From assembly GCA_965208425.1 (NCBI GenBank), contig OZ242335.1:11018-75017 (forward strand): DNA of 64,000 nucleotides, written 5' to 3'. A program made the translations under genes and the position numbers. The notes under the pieces were generated by a model that was not told where the DNA came from, searched no databases, and worked only from the letters and a program-made list of their open reading frames with translations. Of this stretch, positions 34,862 through 44,526 are shown in pieces; position 1 is the first letter of the stretch; each line of letters opens with the position of its first letter. This stretch comes from Candidatus Poribacteria bacterium. Its GTDB lineage: Bacteria; Poribacteria; WGA-4E; PCPOR2b.

Positions 34862-36043
34862 CTATTTTTTTACAAACTGCTTCCCCGGCAGCTGCTGAAC
34901 AATTCCCTTCAACTCAAGCATGACCAGTAACGAAGAAACCTTTCCAATCGGCAGTTGCGTCACCCGCGTGATCTCATCAATATGGACGCTATCGGCATCC
35001 ATTGCTGACAGCACAGTCTGTTCTTCGGGAGTTAAATTGAGGGCTACTTCTGCTTTCGGTTGAGGAACAGGTGCTGATCTTTTTTCGACCGGTTGAGGGC
35101 GGGCAATTTTGTCGGGTTGTTTTGTGGAAGGCGGTTCGAGCGATTCCGCTCCCAAGATTTGCGTATAGCTTTGGGGTAGTGCATCGAGCAGATCATCAAC
35201 GCTATTAATCAACGTCGCACCTTGATTAATGAGAGAATGGGTGCCTCGCGACACACCGGAAAAGATCTGCCCCGGTACAGCAAACACCTCACGTCCCTGT
35301 TCGGCGGCGTGACGCGCTGTGATGAGCGAACCGCTCCGCTCGGACGCTTCAACGACAAGCGTACCAAGCGTTAAGCCACTAATCACACGATTGCGGCGGG
35401 GAAAGTTTTTTCCACGGGGAGGCATCGTCATTGGAAACTCGGAAACCAATGCACCGGCCTCGATGATTTCCGCTGCGAGCCCCCGATTCGTTTCCGGGTA
35501 GATAATACTCAAACCACATCCGAACACAGCGACCGTGCGTCCACCGGCTTCAAGGGCACCACGATGTACACAGGTATCAATACCGCGGGCAAACCCGCTC
35601 ACGACGGTTATACCGCGTTCTGCGAGTTGGTAGCTCAGTTGCTGGCTGGTCGTCTTGCCGTATTCAGTCGGGCTGCGCGATCCAACGATTGCGATGCTCG
35701 GTGTGTCCTGTAAGGGAAAGTCGCCGGTGATATAGAGCAATACGGGCGGGTCATCAATCTGCTTGAGGAGTGTTGGGTAGGTGTCGTCGTTAATAGTGAC
35801 GATGTGGCATTGATGCTGATCGATCAGTTCAAGTTCCTGGGCGAGAGGAGCGCGCGATCTACCATCAATTAGCTGTTGCCGAACATCGGGAGTCAACCCA
35901 TCGATCTGGGCTAACTCCGCTGATGTCGCAGCAATCGATTTCTCCGCAGATCCAAAAGCCGCTAACAGGCGTCGGATGGTATGATTTCCGATACCCGGAA
36001 TCAGGTTGAGATGAATAAGGCTTTTCGTATCAGCGGATAGCAT
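34862..36043 (-). CDS. dprA: DNA-processing protein DprA (Smf)
   Basis: 393 aa. Segments LNLIPGIGN, IAIVGSR.PT.YG, SGFARGIDT, EFP and VVEA..SGSLITA match DprA. A C-terminal winged-helix-like tail follows. Confidence 0.85.
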   Translation of the reverse strand: MLSADTKSLIHLNLIPGIGNHTIRRLLAAFGSAEKSIAATSAELAQIDGLTPDVRQQLIDGRSRAPLAQELELIDQHQCHIVTINDDTYPTLLKQIDDPPVLLYITGDFPLQDTPSIAIVGSRSPTEYGKTTSQQLSYQLAERGITVVSGFARGIDTCVHRGALEAGGRTVAVFGCGLSIIYPETNRGLAAEIIEAGALVSEFPMTMPPRGKNFPRRNRVISGLTLGTLVVEASERSGSLITARHAAEQGREVFAVPGQIFSGVSRGTHSLINQGATLINSVDDLLDALPQSYTQILGAESLEPPSTKQPDKIARPQPVEKRSAPVPQPKAEVALNLTPEEQTVLSAMDADSVHIDEITRVTQLPIGKVSSLLVMLELKGIVQQLPGKQFVKK

Positions 36044-36055
36044 AATCGGCGAATT

Positions 36056-36655
36056 TTACTGTTCCGTTGCAGGTTGTGCTGCCGGTTCTTCGGGCGGCAG
36101 GGCATAGTACACTTGAATATCGCGGATCGGCTTAAAAATGTCAACTTCTGCGCCGCCTTCGCCTCTCGTCCTGCGCTTCTGCCCTCCCACACGCCGGGAT
36201 TCCCATTTTTTGGGGACCTTTAGACGTAACTTTTGGGTCTGAATTGGCTCCGGTAGCTGTAGCTTGAACTGGTCTTGATAGTGATTCTTAACACTTCTAA
36301 TCGTTTTCCATGCCCCGGATTCATCTACAATTTGGACCTCGAAGAATTCAAGTTTCCCTTTGTCTGCAACCACAACGATGCGCTGAAAGGTTTGCGGTTT
36401 CGCCCATGTAAGCGTTGCCTGCGTGAAGTTCTCCTCTTCTTCTTGGTCTGCCTTGGTGAGCATCGTCTGTTTTTCGATAATGAGCCTTGAAGTTTCCCCA
36501 ACTGAGAATGTATTATCATCATTCAGCTTTGGATCCTGACACTCTGCAAATGGAGCAATGTTTTGACTCCACTGTATCGGAGGTCCGCTCGGACCCAAAC
36601 ATCCCAGTGTGGAAATTAACCCTAGTATTAGAAAAGTTACTCCTATAAAACGCAT
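36056..36655 (-). CDS. discoidin (F5/8 type C)-like lipoprotein, paralog family member 1
   Basis: Lipobox ISTLGC. The segment KLRLKVPKKWESRRVGGQKRRTRGEGG...IRDIQVYY is collinear with 36945-37559 and 49837-50907. Confidence 0.5.
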   Translation of the reverse strand: MRFIGVTFLILGLISTLGCLGPSGPPIQWSQNIAPFAECQDPKLNDDNTFSVGETSRLIIEKQTMLTKADQEEEENFTQATLTWAKPQTFQRIVVVADKGKLEFFEVQIVDESGAWKTIRSVKNHYQDQFKLQLPEPIQTQKLRLKVPKKWESRRVGGQKRRTRGEGGAEVDIFKPIRDIQVYYALPPEEPAAQPATEQ

Positions 36656-36705
36656 ATCTTGCCTCCTTGATTTTAGTTAAGTACAACGTAGACGCTCATA
36701 TTATA

Positions 36706-36810
36706 GTGGATCTTAGAATTAATGAGACACCCAAAATCGGCGCAGTTGCAAACAGCGCCTACCAAACATGGGGAGCGAAAGTGTTCATTTATTTTTTGAA
36801 TTCACTATAA
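36706..36810. repeat. type D element with substituted core
   Basis: agtggatcttagaattaatgagacac ... cggcgcagttgcaaacagcgcc ... tttgaattcactataa. Confidence 0.7.
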
Positions 36811-36822
36811 GAAATCGTGTAA

Positions 36823-36887
36823 CAGAAACCGAGTTTTCAAGAAAAAACTCGGTTTCTCTTTGTGTTTCGCGCTCTCTTTTTACATGA
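36823..36887. repeat. MITE type B (inverted orientation)
   Basis: cagaaaccgagttttcaagaaaaaactcggtttct ctttgtgtttcgcgctctctttttacatga. Confidence 0.8.
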
Positions 36888-36944
36888 ACCAACGTAGAAT
36901 ATGCGGCGTGATAATCTGCCCATCACACCTCACTCCTATTAATC

Positions 36945-37559
36945 CTATTTCAACAACTGATCAAGCTCTGCTTCGCTTTGACCCTTCGGGTCTTCTGCAT
37001 CCCCTGCACCTGCAACTTTCACGGACTGATAACCGTATAACTCAATTTCGTAAATCTTGGCTGGTGCACGGCGATTTCCGCTCGCCCAAAAGTTTCGTCT
37101 CCGTTGACCTCGACGCAGCGAGGCATCGTCGGTTGTGCCAAGCACGCGGACACGGATTTTGTCAGTGGGAAATGGCGCATTTACGGATAAATCGATTGGG
37201 TTCGATGTGACATTATTCACCTCTTTGATGACCTCCCAATCCTCGCTCCCTTTATCGGCATACACGGTGAATTTCTTCAAATTGTCCGAATGAATCACAA
37301 CGCGGCGAATCACCTTTCTTTCGGGGAGCATGACAACTGCCTGCGAAGTCGGAGCGGGACCGAACGTGTCTTGTGATCCTTCACGAAATGCTGTTTCCCC
37401 GAACGTCCTGATGTTGCCGTCAATCATCCTTGCGTTCGTTGCCCTCACCCCTTCTATCGAAGCGTAATTGCTGCTCCATTCCTGTTTCGCTACAAGTGCA
37501 CAACCAAACAGTGATAAAAAATAAACGCAGACAGATAATAGTCCCAAATAACGATTCAT
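36945..37559 (-). CDS. discoidin-like lipoprotein, paralog family member 2
   Basis: I set the start at MNRYLGLLSVCVYFLSLFGC (lipobox). It has an IDGN..T motif. The segment KIRVRVLGTTDDASLRRGQRRRNFWASGNRR..IYEIELYGY matches the paralog layout. Confidence 0.55.
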   Translation of the reverse strand: MNRYLGLLSVCVYFLSLFGCALVAKQEWSSNYASIEGVRATNARMIDGNIRTFGETAFREGSQDTFGPAPTSQAVVMLPERKVIRRVVIHSDNLKKFTVYADKGSEDWEVIKEVNNVTSNPIDLSVNAPFPTDKIRVRVLGTTDDASLRRGQRRRNFWASGNRRAPAKIYEIELYGYQSVKVAGAGDAEDPKGQSEAELDQLLK

Positions 37560-37650
37560 CGTTATACTCCCAAAAAAATAGTGCGTAATACGCAATGCGT
37601 AAGGTGCTTATCCGATAAATTGGAACTTGTTTTTGCTCACTTTCAGTTTT

Positions 37651-37733
37651 GGCTCATGTTAAGAAAGCGTGCAACAGAAACTAAGTTTTTAATACGGGCG
37701 GGCAAGATGCCCCGCCTACGGTTTATATGAGCG
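37651..37733. repeat. MITE variant (type B terminus plus gggcgggcaagatgccccgcc core)
   Basis: ggctcatgttaagaaagcgtgcaacagaaactaag ... acgggcgggcaagatgccccgcctacgg ... tatatgagcg. Confidence 0.75.
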
Positions 37734-37740
37734 TCAGTTT

Positions 37741-39201
37741 TTACCTCTGCTGCCCTCTGATAATCTTCCAAGTTGTTCCCGTCCGACTATCTTGAAGTTC
37801 AACGTTGAGTTGGTCTAACTGATCGCGAATCTTATCCGCCGTTTCCCAATCCTTGCGTTGTCTCGCGTCCTGACGTATCTCCAGAATGAGATTCATCAAT
37901 TGCTCTGTCAAGGCTGCGTGTTCATCGCTAGCAACTTCCTCCTCCGCATATATTCCCAGCACACTACAAACCTCAACCAAACTTTTGTACGCTTGACCGA
38001 GGATGTTTCTTTTTTTATCTGAAACTGAATCTTCGGTCGCCGCGAGAAATTGGTTTACTTCGCCGGCGAGCTTAAAAATCGCCCCTAACGCCCCGGCGGT
38101 ATTAAAATCGTCGTCCATTGCCAGCTCAAAGTCTTGACGCATCGTATTGATAGATTGGAATAAGGCGGCTTCAGCATCGTTCAACGCCTCAAAAGCGTCG
38201 CCGTTTACATCTCGATACGGTTTGAGGGCATCAAGACAGTTATTCAACCGTCGAACAGCACTGCTCGATTCACTCAAGCTAGTTGGGTTATAATCCAACG
38301 GGTGACGATACTGTGCGGAAATTAGAAAATGGCGAATCGCTTCAGGAGCATACTTCTGCAAGGCATCATGGACGAAGATGAAATTGCTTTCTGATTTGCC
38401 CATCCGTCGTCCATCAATCTGCAAGAATGCGACGTGCATCCAATATCGGACAAACGGTTTTCCTGTCGCCACCTCGCTCTGGGCGATCTCGTTTTCATGG
38501 TGGGGGAATATGAGATCATGCCCACCGGTGTGAATATCAATCGTTTCGCCGAGATGTTTCATCGCCATGGCGGAACACTCAATATGCCACCCGGGTCTGC
38601 CCTTCCCCCAAGGGCTATCCCACCACGGTTCCTCTGCTTTCGATTTTTTCCAAAGATCGAAATCCCGCGGATCTTCCTTTCGTTCATCAACCTCAACGCG
38701 CGCACCGGCAAGCAGATCCTCCGGCTTACGATGAGAAAGTTTTCCATATTCTGCAAAATGGTTGACCCGGTAATATACGTCTCCATCAATTTCGTAAGCT
38801 GCCTGCTTGTCTATTAACGTCTGAATCAGGGAAACTATCTCCGAAATATGCTCGGTCGCCTTTGGGTGAACGTCAGCGGCACGGATACCGAGGTTACCTG
38901 AATCCTCAAAATAGGCGTCCACATACTTCTGAGAAAGATCAGAAGGCTCAATCCCTTGCTCATTAGCGCGATTGATGATTTTATCGTCAATATCCGTCAG
39001 ATTTTGAGCCATCGTGACGGTGTACCCCTTATATTCAAGATAACGACGAATGATATCAGAAATTAGAAACGTGCGGGCATTTCCGATATGAAAATAATCG
39101 TAGACGGTGGGCCCACAACTGTACATCAGAACTTTTCCCTCATGTAACGGCACAAACTCTTCCAACTGCCTTGTGAGGGAATTGTAAATCTTTAATGCCA
39201 T
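37741..39201 (-). CDS. cysS: cysteine--tRNA ligase
   Basis: 486 aa. It starts MALKIYNSLTR and has CGPTVYDYFHIGNAR (HIGH), the Zn site WHIECS and KMGKS (KMSKS). Confidence 0.95.
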   Translation of the reverse strand: MALKIYNSLTRQLEEFVPLHEGKVLMYSCGPTVYDYFHIGNARTFLISDIIRRYLEYKGYTVTMAQNLTDIDDKIINRANEQGIEPSDLSQKYVDAYFEDSGNLGIRAADVHPKATEHISEIVSLIQTLIDKQAAYEIDGDVYYRVNHFAEYGKLSHRKPEDLLAGARVEVDERKEDPRDFDLWKKSKAEEPWWDSPWGKGRPGWHIECSAMAMKHLGETIDIHTGGHDLIFPHHENEIAQSEVATGKPFVRYWMHVAFLQIDGRRMGKSESNFIFVHDALQKYAPEAIRHFLISAQYRHPLDYNPTSLSESSSAVRRLNNCLDALKPYRDVNGDAFEALNDAEAALFQSINTMRQDFELAMDDDFNTAGALGAIFKLAGEVNQFLAATEDSVSDKKRNILGQAYKSLVEVCSVLGIYAEEEVASDEHAALTEQLMNLILEIRQDARQRKDWETADKIRDQLDQLNVELQDSRTGTTWKIIRGQQR

Positions 39202-39262
39202 CAGGTTTCTTTCTAATTTAGGTCCCGATCCAATCGGGAGCCAAGGTGCTATTCAGTAACAC

Positions 39263-39736
39263 CTATTTTAATTGATTGAGACAAACAACAGCTTCAGCGG
39301 CAGCAGCTTTGCCTTCGCCGATGAAGCCGAGTCCTTCCGACGTGGTTGCTTTGACATTCACCCGATTGCTTGAAATACCTAGCGTCTCGGCAAGGCGTTG
39401 GCGCATGGAAGGGATATAAGGCGCCAGCTTGGGGCGTTGCATAATTACCGTGCTGTCAACGTTCTGAATTGCGTAGTCTGCGGAAATCAGTGCTTTCACC
39501 TTACCGAGCAGGATTAGGCTATCAATTCCGGCATACGCCGCATCCGTATCGGGAAAATGTTGACCAATGTCACCCAAGCCTGCGGCCCCTAGCATTGCAT
39601 CGCAGATGGCATGGGTCAGTACATCTGCATCGGAGTGTCCAATCAAACCTAACTCGTATGGGATCGTTACCCCACCGATTATCAATTTACGATTTTCGCC
39701 CAATCGGTGAACATCGTAACCAATTCCTACACGCAT
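39263..39736 (-). CDS. ispF: 2-C-methyl-D-erythritol 2,4-cyclodiphosphate synthase
   Basis: 157 aa. Segments [22 protein letters not shown] and the DSxxLL-type motif are present. Confidence 0.95.
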   Translation of the reverse strand: MRVGIGYDVHRLGENRKLIIGGVTIPYELGLIGHSDADVLTHAICDAMLGAAGLGDIGQHFPDTDAAYAGIDSLILLGKVKALISADYAIQNVDSTVIMQRPKLAPYIPSMRQRLAETLGISSNRVNVKATTSEGLGFIGEGKAAAAEAVVCLNQLK

Positions 39737-39777
39737 GGTATTTTATAGACCTGTAGATGTCTATTATTCCTGATTTT

Positions 39778-40473
39778 TTATCCTTTATTCATGAACGCCT
39801 CAGCAACAATCAGATCTTCGGGCGTCGTGATCTTCAGATTGCCATAGCTTCCCATGACACACTTCACTTTGAACCCCAGTTGCTCAACCAGTGCTGCGTC
39901 ATCGGTCAACTGGATCCGCTTCTGCTGGGCATTTCGGTGGGCTTCGATCAACAAATCCCACCGAAATACCTGCGGTGTCTGTACCGCCCAGAGTTCGCTC
40001 CGATCCGGTGTATCGACGACAAATCCGTCTCTATCCGTGATTTTGATGGTATCCTTGACAGGAACTGCAGCGACCGCTGCTCCCCAATCTGCTGCCGTTT
40101 CGAGACAGGTAAAAATCATGTCATCGGTCACAAACGGGCGGACCCCATCATGGATGACGACGAAATCCGTATCATCCGGAAGTGTTTTCAGTCCATTAAA
40201 GACAGAAGCTTGGCGTGTTTCACCACCGGGGACAAGTCCAGCAACTTTTTGGAAGTCGTAGGGCTCAATGACAGCAGATCGGCAAGCGTCGAAATCCATT
40301 TCACCAACAATCACAAAGATCGCGTCGACAACAGCGCTTTGATCAAATACGCCAATTGTATGCGCCAGGATCGGCTTGTCAAGAAGCTCTAGATACGGCT
40401 TCTTAGTACGATGACGACCCATCCGGCTTCCGCGGCCAGCTGCGGGAATAAGAACGCACGTCCTCTGGTTCAT
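39778..40473 (-). CDS. ispD: 2-C-methyl-D-erythritol 4-phosphate cytidylyltransferase
   Basis: VLIPAAGRGSRMG and VIHDGVRPF are present. The start is at 40473 or 40488. It overlaps the 3' end of the upstream PIN/TRAM gene. Confidence 0.9.
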   Translation of the reverse strand: MNQRTCVLIPAAGRGSRMGRHRTKKPYLELLDKPILAHTIGVFDQSAVVDAIFVIVGEMDFDACRSAVIEPYDFQKVAGLVPGGETRQASVFNGLKTLPDDTDFVVIHDGVRPFVTDDMIFTCLETAADWGAAVAAVPVKDTIKITDRDGFVVDTPDRSELWAVQTPQVFRWDLLIEAHRNAQQKRIQLTDDAALVEQLGFKVKCVMGSYGNLKITTPEDLIVAEAFMNKG

Positions 40474-41518
40474 CAGTGTCCATTTCATCAGTTTTCGTAC
40501 GCGTAAAAATCATCCGACCAGCAGTTGTCTGCAATGTTTGGGTGACAATCGCATCAATTGTCTGTCCAACATATTGCCTACCATACTCAACAATGACCAT
40601 TGTCCCGTCATCAAGATAGCCAACCCCTTGGTTCGGTTCTTTCCCTTCACGCAGAACACGTACCTGAATAACCTCACCAGCAACGACGACCGGACGAACG
40701 GAATTCGCAAGCTCGTTGATGTTGAGCACCGTCACACCCTGAAGTTCAGCCACCTTATTCAAGTTAAAATCATTGGTAATGATTTTCGCACCAATTTCTT
40801 GAGCGAGATGGATCAACTTGGCGTCCACCTCTGGCACTTCGGGAAAATCTTCCTCTGTTACCTCAACATCGATGTCTGGATTGCTTTGCATCAAACGTAA
40901 AATTTCGAAACCACGTCGCCCTTTGTTGCGACGAAGTAGATCGGAAGAATCCGCGATGTGTTGTAATTCATTTAAGACAAATCGGGGAATTACAAACACG
41001 CCATCAATAAATCCTGTTTGGCAAATATCCAAAATCCGTCCATCAATAATCACACTTGTATCCAAGACCTTAATTGTTGGAGACTTGGATTGTATCCCGT
41101 GTGTGGTGAGAGAAAACAGTGCAAACGCATCTCGCCTGCGATAGACAATCATTGTCCCTGCATAAGCACATGAAAGAACAATGCCTCCTGTCAGTGCTGG
41201 GTGAATTGCGCCGGTTGTTGCTCGAATAATATAAATAATAAGACCGGCCACAATTAAACCGAATGTCAGTCCAGCGAAGCAAGCGAAAAAATCCCGTAGT
41301 AGCGGACGCGGAATTGAGAATTCAATCCCTACCAGAATGATAGTAGCAAAAAAACCGATAACACCTCCTGTAATATCACCGGTAGCACCTCCTGTGGCAT
41401 CACCAATGATAAATCCCAACGCTGCACCAAACAATATAAAAGCAATGCGGATAATCCAAATTTGCACCCGAGCCACCCCCTTTCTTATAATAGTACACTG
41501 AGTGTGTGGATAACTCAA
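40403..41518 (-). CDS. membrane-anchored PIN/TRAM domain protein (YacL-like)
   Basis: N-terminal TM helices, then a PIN region (KVLDTSVIIDGRI) and a TRAM-like C-terminus (..GEVIQVRVL..GVGYLDDGTMVIVE). The start codon is uncertain. Confidence 0.75.
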   Translation of the reverse strand: MSYPHTQCTIIRKGVARVQIWIIRIAFILFGAALGFIIGDATGGATGDITGGVIGFFATIILVGIEFSIPRPLLRDFFACFAGLTFGLIVAGLIIYIIRATTGAIHPALTGGIVLSCAYAGTMIVYRRRDAFALFSLTTHGIQSKSPTIKVLDTSVIIDGRILDICQTGFIDGVFVIPRFVLNELQHIADSSDLLRRNKGRRGFEILRLMQSNPDIDVEVTEEDFPEVPEVDAKLIHLAQEIGAKIITNDFNLNKVAELQGVTVLNINELANSVRPVVVAGEVIQVRVLREGKEPNQGVGYLDDGTMVIVEYGRQYVGQTIDAIVTQTLQTTAGRMIFTRTKTDEMDTDEPEDVRSYSRSWPRKPDGSSSY

Positions 41519-41549
41519 AAATTACATTGATGCTTCGCACCCCCCTTTC

Positions 41550-42908
41550 CTATAGCAGTGCACCGAGTGCACCGTAGAGATCTTTGACACCAACCAAGTC
41601 AATATCTGCCTTTAACTCTAGGCTTTTACGATTGGACTCAGGGAAAACCGCGCGCTTAAAACCTAGCTTTGCGGCTTCCAGTAGCCGTGTCTCAATGTGC
41701 GCAACGGCACGAACTTCTCCACCTAGACCTACCTCTCCAATGATAACAGTCTGTGGATCGATTGCTATATCTCGGTGACTCGACGTTATCGCGATAGCAG
41801 CACCTAGGTCAATACCCGGCTCATCAACGCGCATCCCGCCTGTAATATTGACAAATATATCCGAATCACCGATGTCAAGCCCGATTCGTTTCTGTAGGAC
41901 TGCTATCAACAGCGCAATGCGTTGACGATCTACCCCCGCTGTTGTGTTGCGGGGAAACCCAAAGTTTGCAGGAGAAACTAGCGCTTGGAGTTCCAGCAGG
42001 AGTGGACGGGTGCCCTCAATGCTCGACACCACCACCGATCCGGAGGTATTCTCCTGTCGCTCACGGATAAACAACTCTGATGGATTCTTGACCTCGACAA
42101 GACCACGGCTTAACATTTCGAAGATCCCGATTTCGTTGGTCGAACCAAATCGGTTCTTCACAGAACGCAGAATGCGGTAGATATGCTGCTTTTCACCCTC
42201 AAAATAGAGAACTGTATCAACCATGTGTTCTAAAACACGGGGACCTGCCAGAGAACCCTCTTTAGTTACGTGTCCAACGAGGATGATTGGGATATTTTTA
42301 CTTTTAGCAATAACCAACAGTTGTGCTGCACTCTCACGAACCTGTGCTACGCTACCCGGAGCAGACTGTAGCCCAGGGAGGTAGACCGATTGAATCGAAT
42401 CAATAACAACCATACGAGGATCAACCTGTGTGATGTGTGATTCGATCTGCTCCAAGTTATTTTCGCATAGAACATACAACGAATCAGAGGTGATGCCGAG
42501 CCGGTTTGCCCGCAGTTTTGTCTGTGCAACTGACTCCTCGCCTGACACATACAGCACGCTCCCATAAGTGCGGCTCAACGCATCGCTCACCTGTAACAGT
42601 ATCGTCGATTTACCGATTCCCGGATCGCCACCGATCAATACCACAGACCCCGGCACAATCCCACCACCGAGGACTCGATCAAATTCATCAATTCCTGTGA
42701 GTCGCCGGTCTGACTCACTTGCACTAATCCGCGTAATGGGCGCAGGATCGCTGGCAGGCTGCGCTGCGAGTCGAGGATGCATAGACGTTGTTTCCTCGAT
42801 CTCCTCAACGAAAGTATTCCACTTGTCACACTCCGGACAGCGACCCAGCCATCTGATAGAGGAGTGACCACATTCCTGACAAACAAACTGCCGACTCTCT
42901 TTTGCCAT
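41550..42908 (-). CDS. radA: DNA repair protein RadA (Sms)
   Basis: 452 aa. It has a Zn ribbon (CQECGH..CPEC), Walker A (GGDPGIGKST), KNRFG and a Lon-like C-terminal domain. Confidence 0.95.
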   Translation of the reverse strand: MAKESRQFVCQECGHSSIRWLGRCPECDKWNTFVEEIEETTSMHPRLAAQPASDPAPITRISASESDRRLTGIDEFDRVLGGGIVPGSVVLIGGDPGIGKSTILLQVSDALSRTYGSVLYVSGEESVAQTKLRANRLGITSDSLYVLCENNLEQIESHITQVDPRMVVIDSIQSVYLPGLQSAPGSVAQVRESAAQLLVIAKSKNIPIILVGHVTKEGSLAGPRVLEHMVDTVLYFEGEKQHIYRILRSVKNRFGSTNEIGIFEMLSRGLVEVKNPSELFIRERQENTSGSVVVSSIEGTRPLLLELQALVSPANFGFPRNTTAGVDRQRIALLIAVLQKRIGLDIGDSDIFVNITGGMRVDEPGIDLGAAIAITSSHRDIAIDPQTVIIGEVGLGGEVRAVAHIETRLLEAAKLGFKRAVFPESNRKSLELKADIDLVGVKDLYGALGALL

Positions 42909-42939
42909 TTTAGGTATTGGTCCCCGTGTCTAACCCAGT

Positions 42940-44508
42940 TTACCAGTTTTTCGACAAGAATCGAAGTCCCGCTGTATAGCGAATATCACCCGATGTCAAA
43001 TCCTCTGCGCCAAGAATAATCTGTCCATTCCGAAAAAACCGCCATGCCAGTTCTGCACTGAGTTCTGGGTTTTTGCTCGTCAGACGTGTGCCCTCTAAGC
43101 TAATACCAAGTTTTCGGGCGAGCAACCACACATCGAACCCCACACCAACCTGTGAACGCATGAATCCAACACGACCTCGCAGGTTGTTGGTGAAGTCATA
43201 ACCGTATTGGAAGTCCACTTTTATCTCTTCTGCACGCGTTCCTAAACCGAGACGGTATCGCTGTCTACTCCGAGGAAATAGCAAGACGCCTAACTCGTTG
43301 TGTAGACTCTCCTCAAGACTTAAATATCTGAGTTCGTAATCCCAACCGAATTCAGGTATCTTGATTTGCTCCGAACCCTGATCTAGCAACCGGGATAGAT
43401 CTTGAAATGCGAGCATTGTCTCGTCTACCGTTTTCATCGTTTTCCGCATTTCATTGAGTGCGTCCGGTTCATTTAACAATTGAGCGATACTACCTTCCCC
43501 GTGCTGCACGGTATGAACTAGTTGGTTCACATTATCACGCAATCCATCTAACTCTTGGGTCGCACTGGTAAGGCTTTCAAGTAGTTGGTCGACTTTAGGC
43601 GTTTCAGTGGCAATGACCTCTTTACTCTGTGCAATCAGATCCGAAAGTTCGGAAGTCAATTCAGCAAGATTCTGATCTAACCGCTGTGACAGTTGGCGAA
43701 AATTCGTAGCACTTGTTTGCAGGTCAACGACGATCTGTTCGACAGGAGAGGAGTTACGATCCACCAAATCAAGCACAGCTCGATTAATATCGCCGATCTG
43801 ACTGCTGATTAGTAAGGTATCGTTTTCTAATCTATCCATCAGACGATTGAACCGTTTATAGGTTTGCCCCAAGCGAAAGTCGTTCTCCTGTGCGATACGA
43901 TTCAGATTTTCTACAGTCTCATTAGTAGTTCCAACCACCTCCGTTAAAGCGCGGCTAGTTTGCTCAATAAGTGCCCGCATTTCCACAATACTTGCGCTGA
44001 CGTTCTGTTGATTCGCTTCCAGAAACTGGTTCGCGGATTCAAGAAATTGTATGCCTTGCCTAACAATATTGTCCCCTCGCGTAGCGAGTTCCGAAAGGTC
44101 AATAGGATCTTTCCCTGTCAGTGGAAGGTCCTTCGGTTTTAAGTTCGGGTTCCCAACAGGACCATTCGTCAAATGAATATAAGCCTCTCCAACAAAACCG
44201 ATAACACCCACTTTTACCCGACAGCCTTGCCGCAGCCTTTGAAAAGCGTCCTTGACCCGCATCTGAACCTCAACGCGGGTTCCGTCTTGATTCAATTCAA
44301 CACTCGTGACTTTGCCGACCTGTACACCGGCGAGTTGAACCTTCGCACCAACGCGGAGATCACCAGCATTATTAAAGTTGACACGTAGCAACTCGCCACT
44401 CACACTCCAAGGGGAATTAGCGGCATTCACTATCAAAATGACGAGGAGAACAATACCAATGATAACTACAAGTCCTACTTTGAGCTGCACACTCCACGAC
44501 CCCATCAA
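42940..44508 (-). CDS. MlaD/MCE-family protein with long helical region and beta-rich C-terminal domain
   Basis: 522 aa. Layout is an N-terminal TM helix, one MCE domain (LRVGAKVQLAGVQVGKV), roughly 250 aa of heptad-like sequence, then an alternating-polarity C-terminus. Confidence 0.7.
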   Translation of the reverse strand: MMGSWSVQLKVGLVVIIGIVLLVILIVNAANSPWSVSGELLRVNFNNAGDLRVGAKVQLAGVQVGKVTSVELNQDGTRVEVQMRVKDAFQRLRQGCRVKVGVIGFVGEAYIHLTNGPVGNPNLKPKDLPLTGKDPIDLSELATRGDNIVRQGIQFLESANQFLEANQQNVSASIVEMRALIEQTSRALTEVVGTTNETVENLNRIAQENDFRLGQTYKRFNRLMDRLENDTLLISSQIGDINRAVLDLVDRNSSPVEQIVVDLQTSATNFRQLSQRLDQNLAELTSELSDLIAQSKEVIATETPKVDQLLESLTSATQELDGLRDNVNQLVHTVQHGEGSIAQLLNEPDALNEMRKTMKTVDETMLAFQDLSRLLDQGSEQIKIPEFGWDYELRYLSLEESLHNELGVLLFPRSRQRYRLGLGTRAEEIKVDFQYGYDFTNNLRGRVGFMRSQVGVGFDVWLLARKLGISLEGTRLTSKNPELSAELAWRFFRNGQIILGAEDLTSGDIRYTAGLRFLSKNW

Positions 44509-44526
44509 TCACCTCACCTACAATTG

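Noticed and set aside
39757-40392. Long antisense or shadow ORFs inside confident genes (for example 39757-40392, 2545-3093, 2751-3245, 7292-7840, 13939-14517, 25316-25837, 62005-62556, 44726-45199)
   Set aside because: Each lies opposite or out of frame within a gene with clear family motifs. They have no recognisable domains and show low-complexity or Arg/Ser-rich composition typical of non-coding frames.
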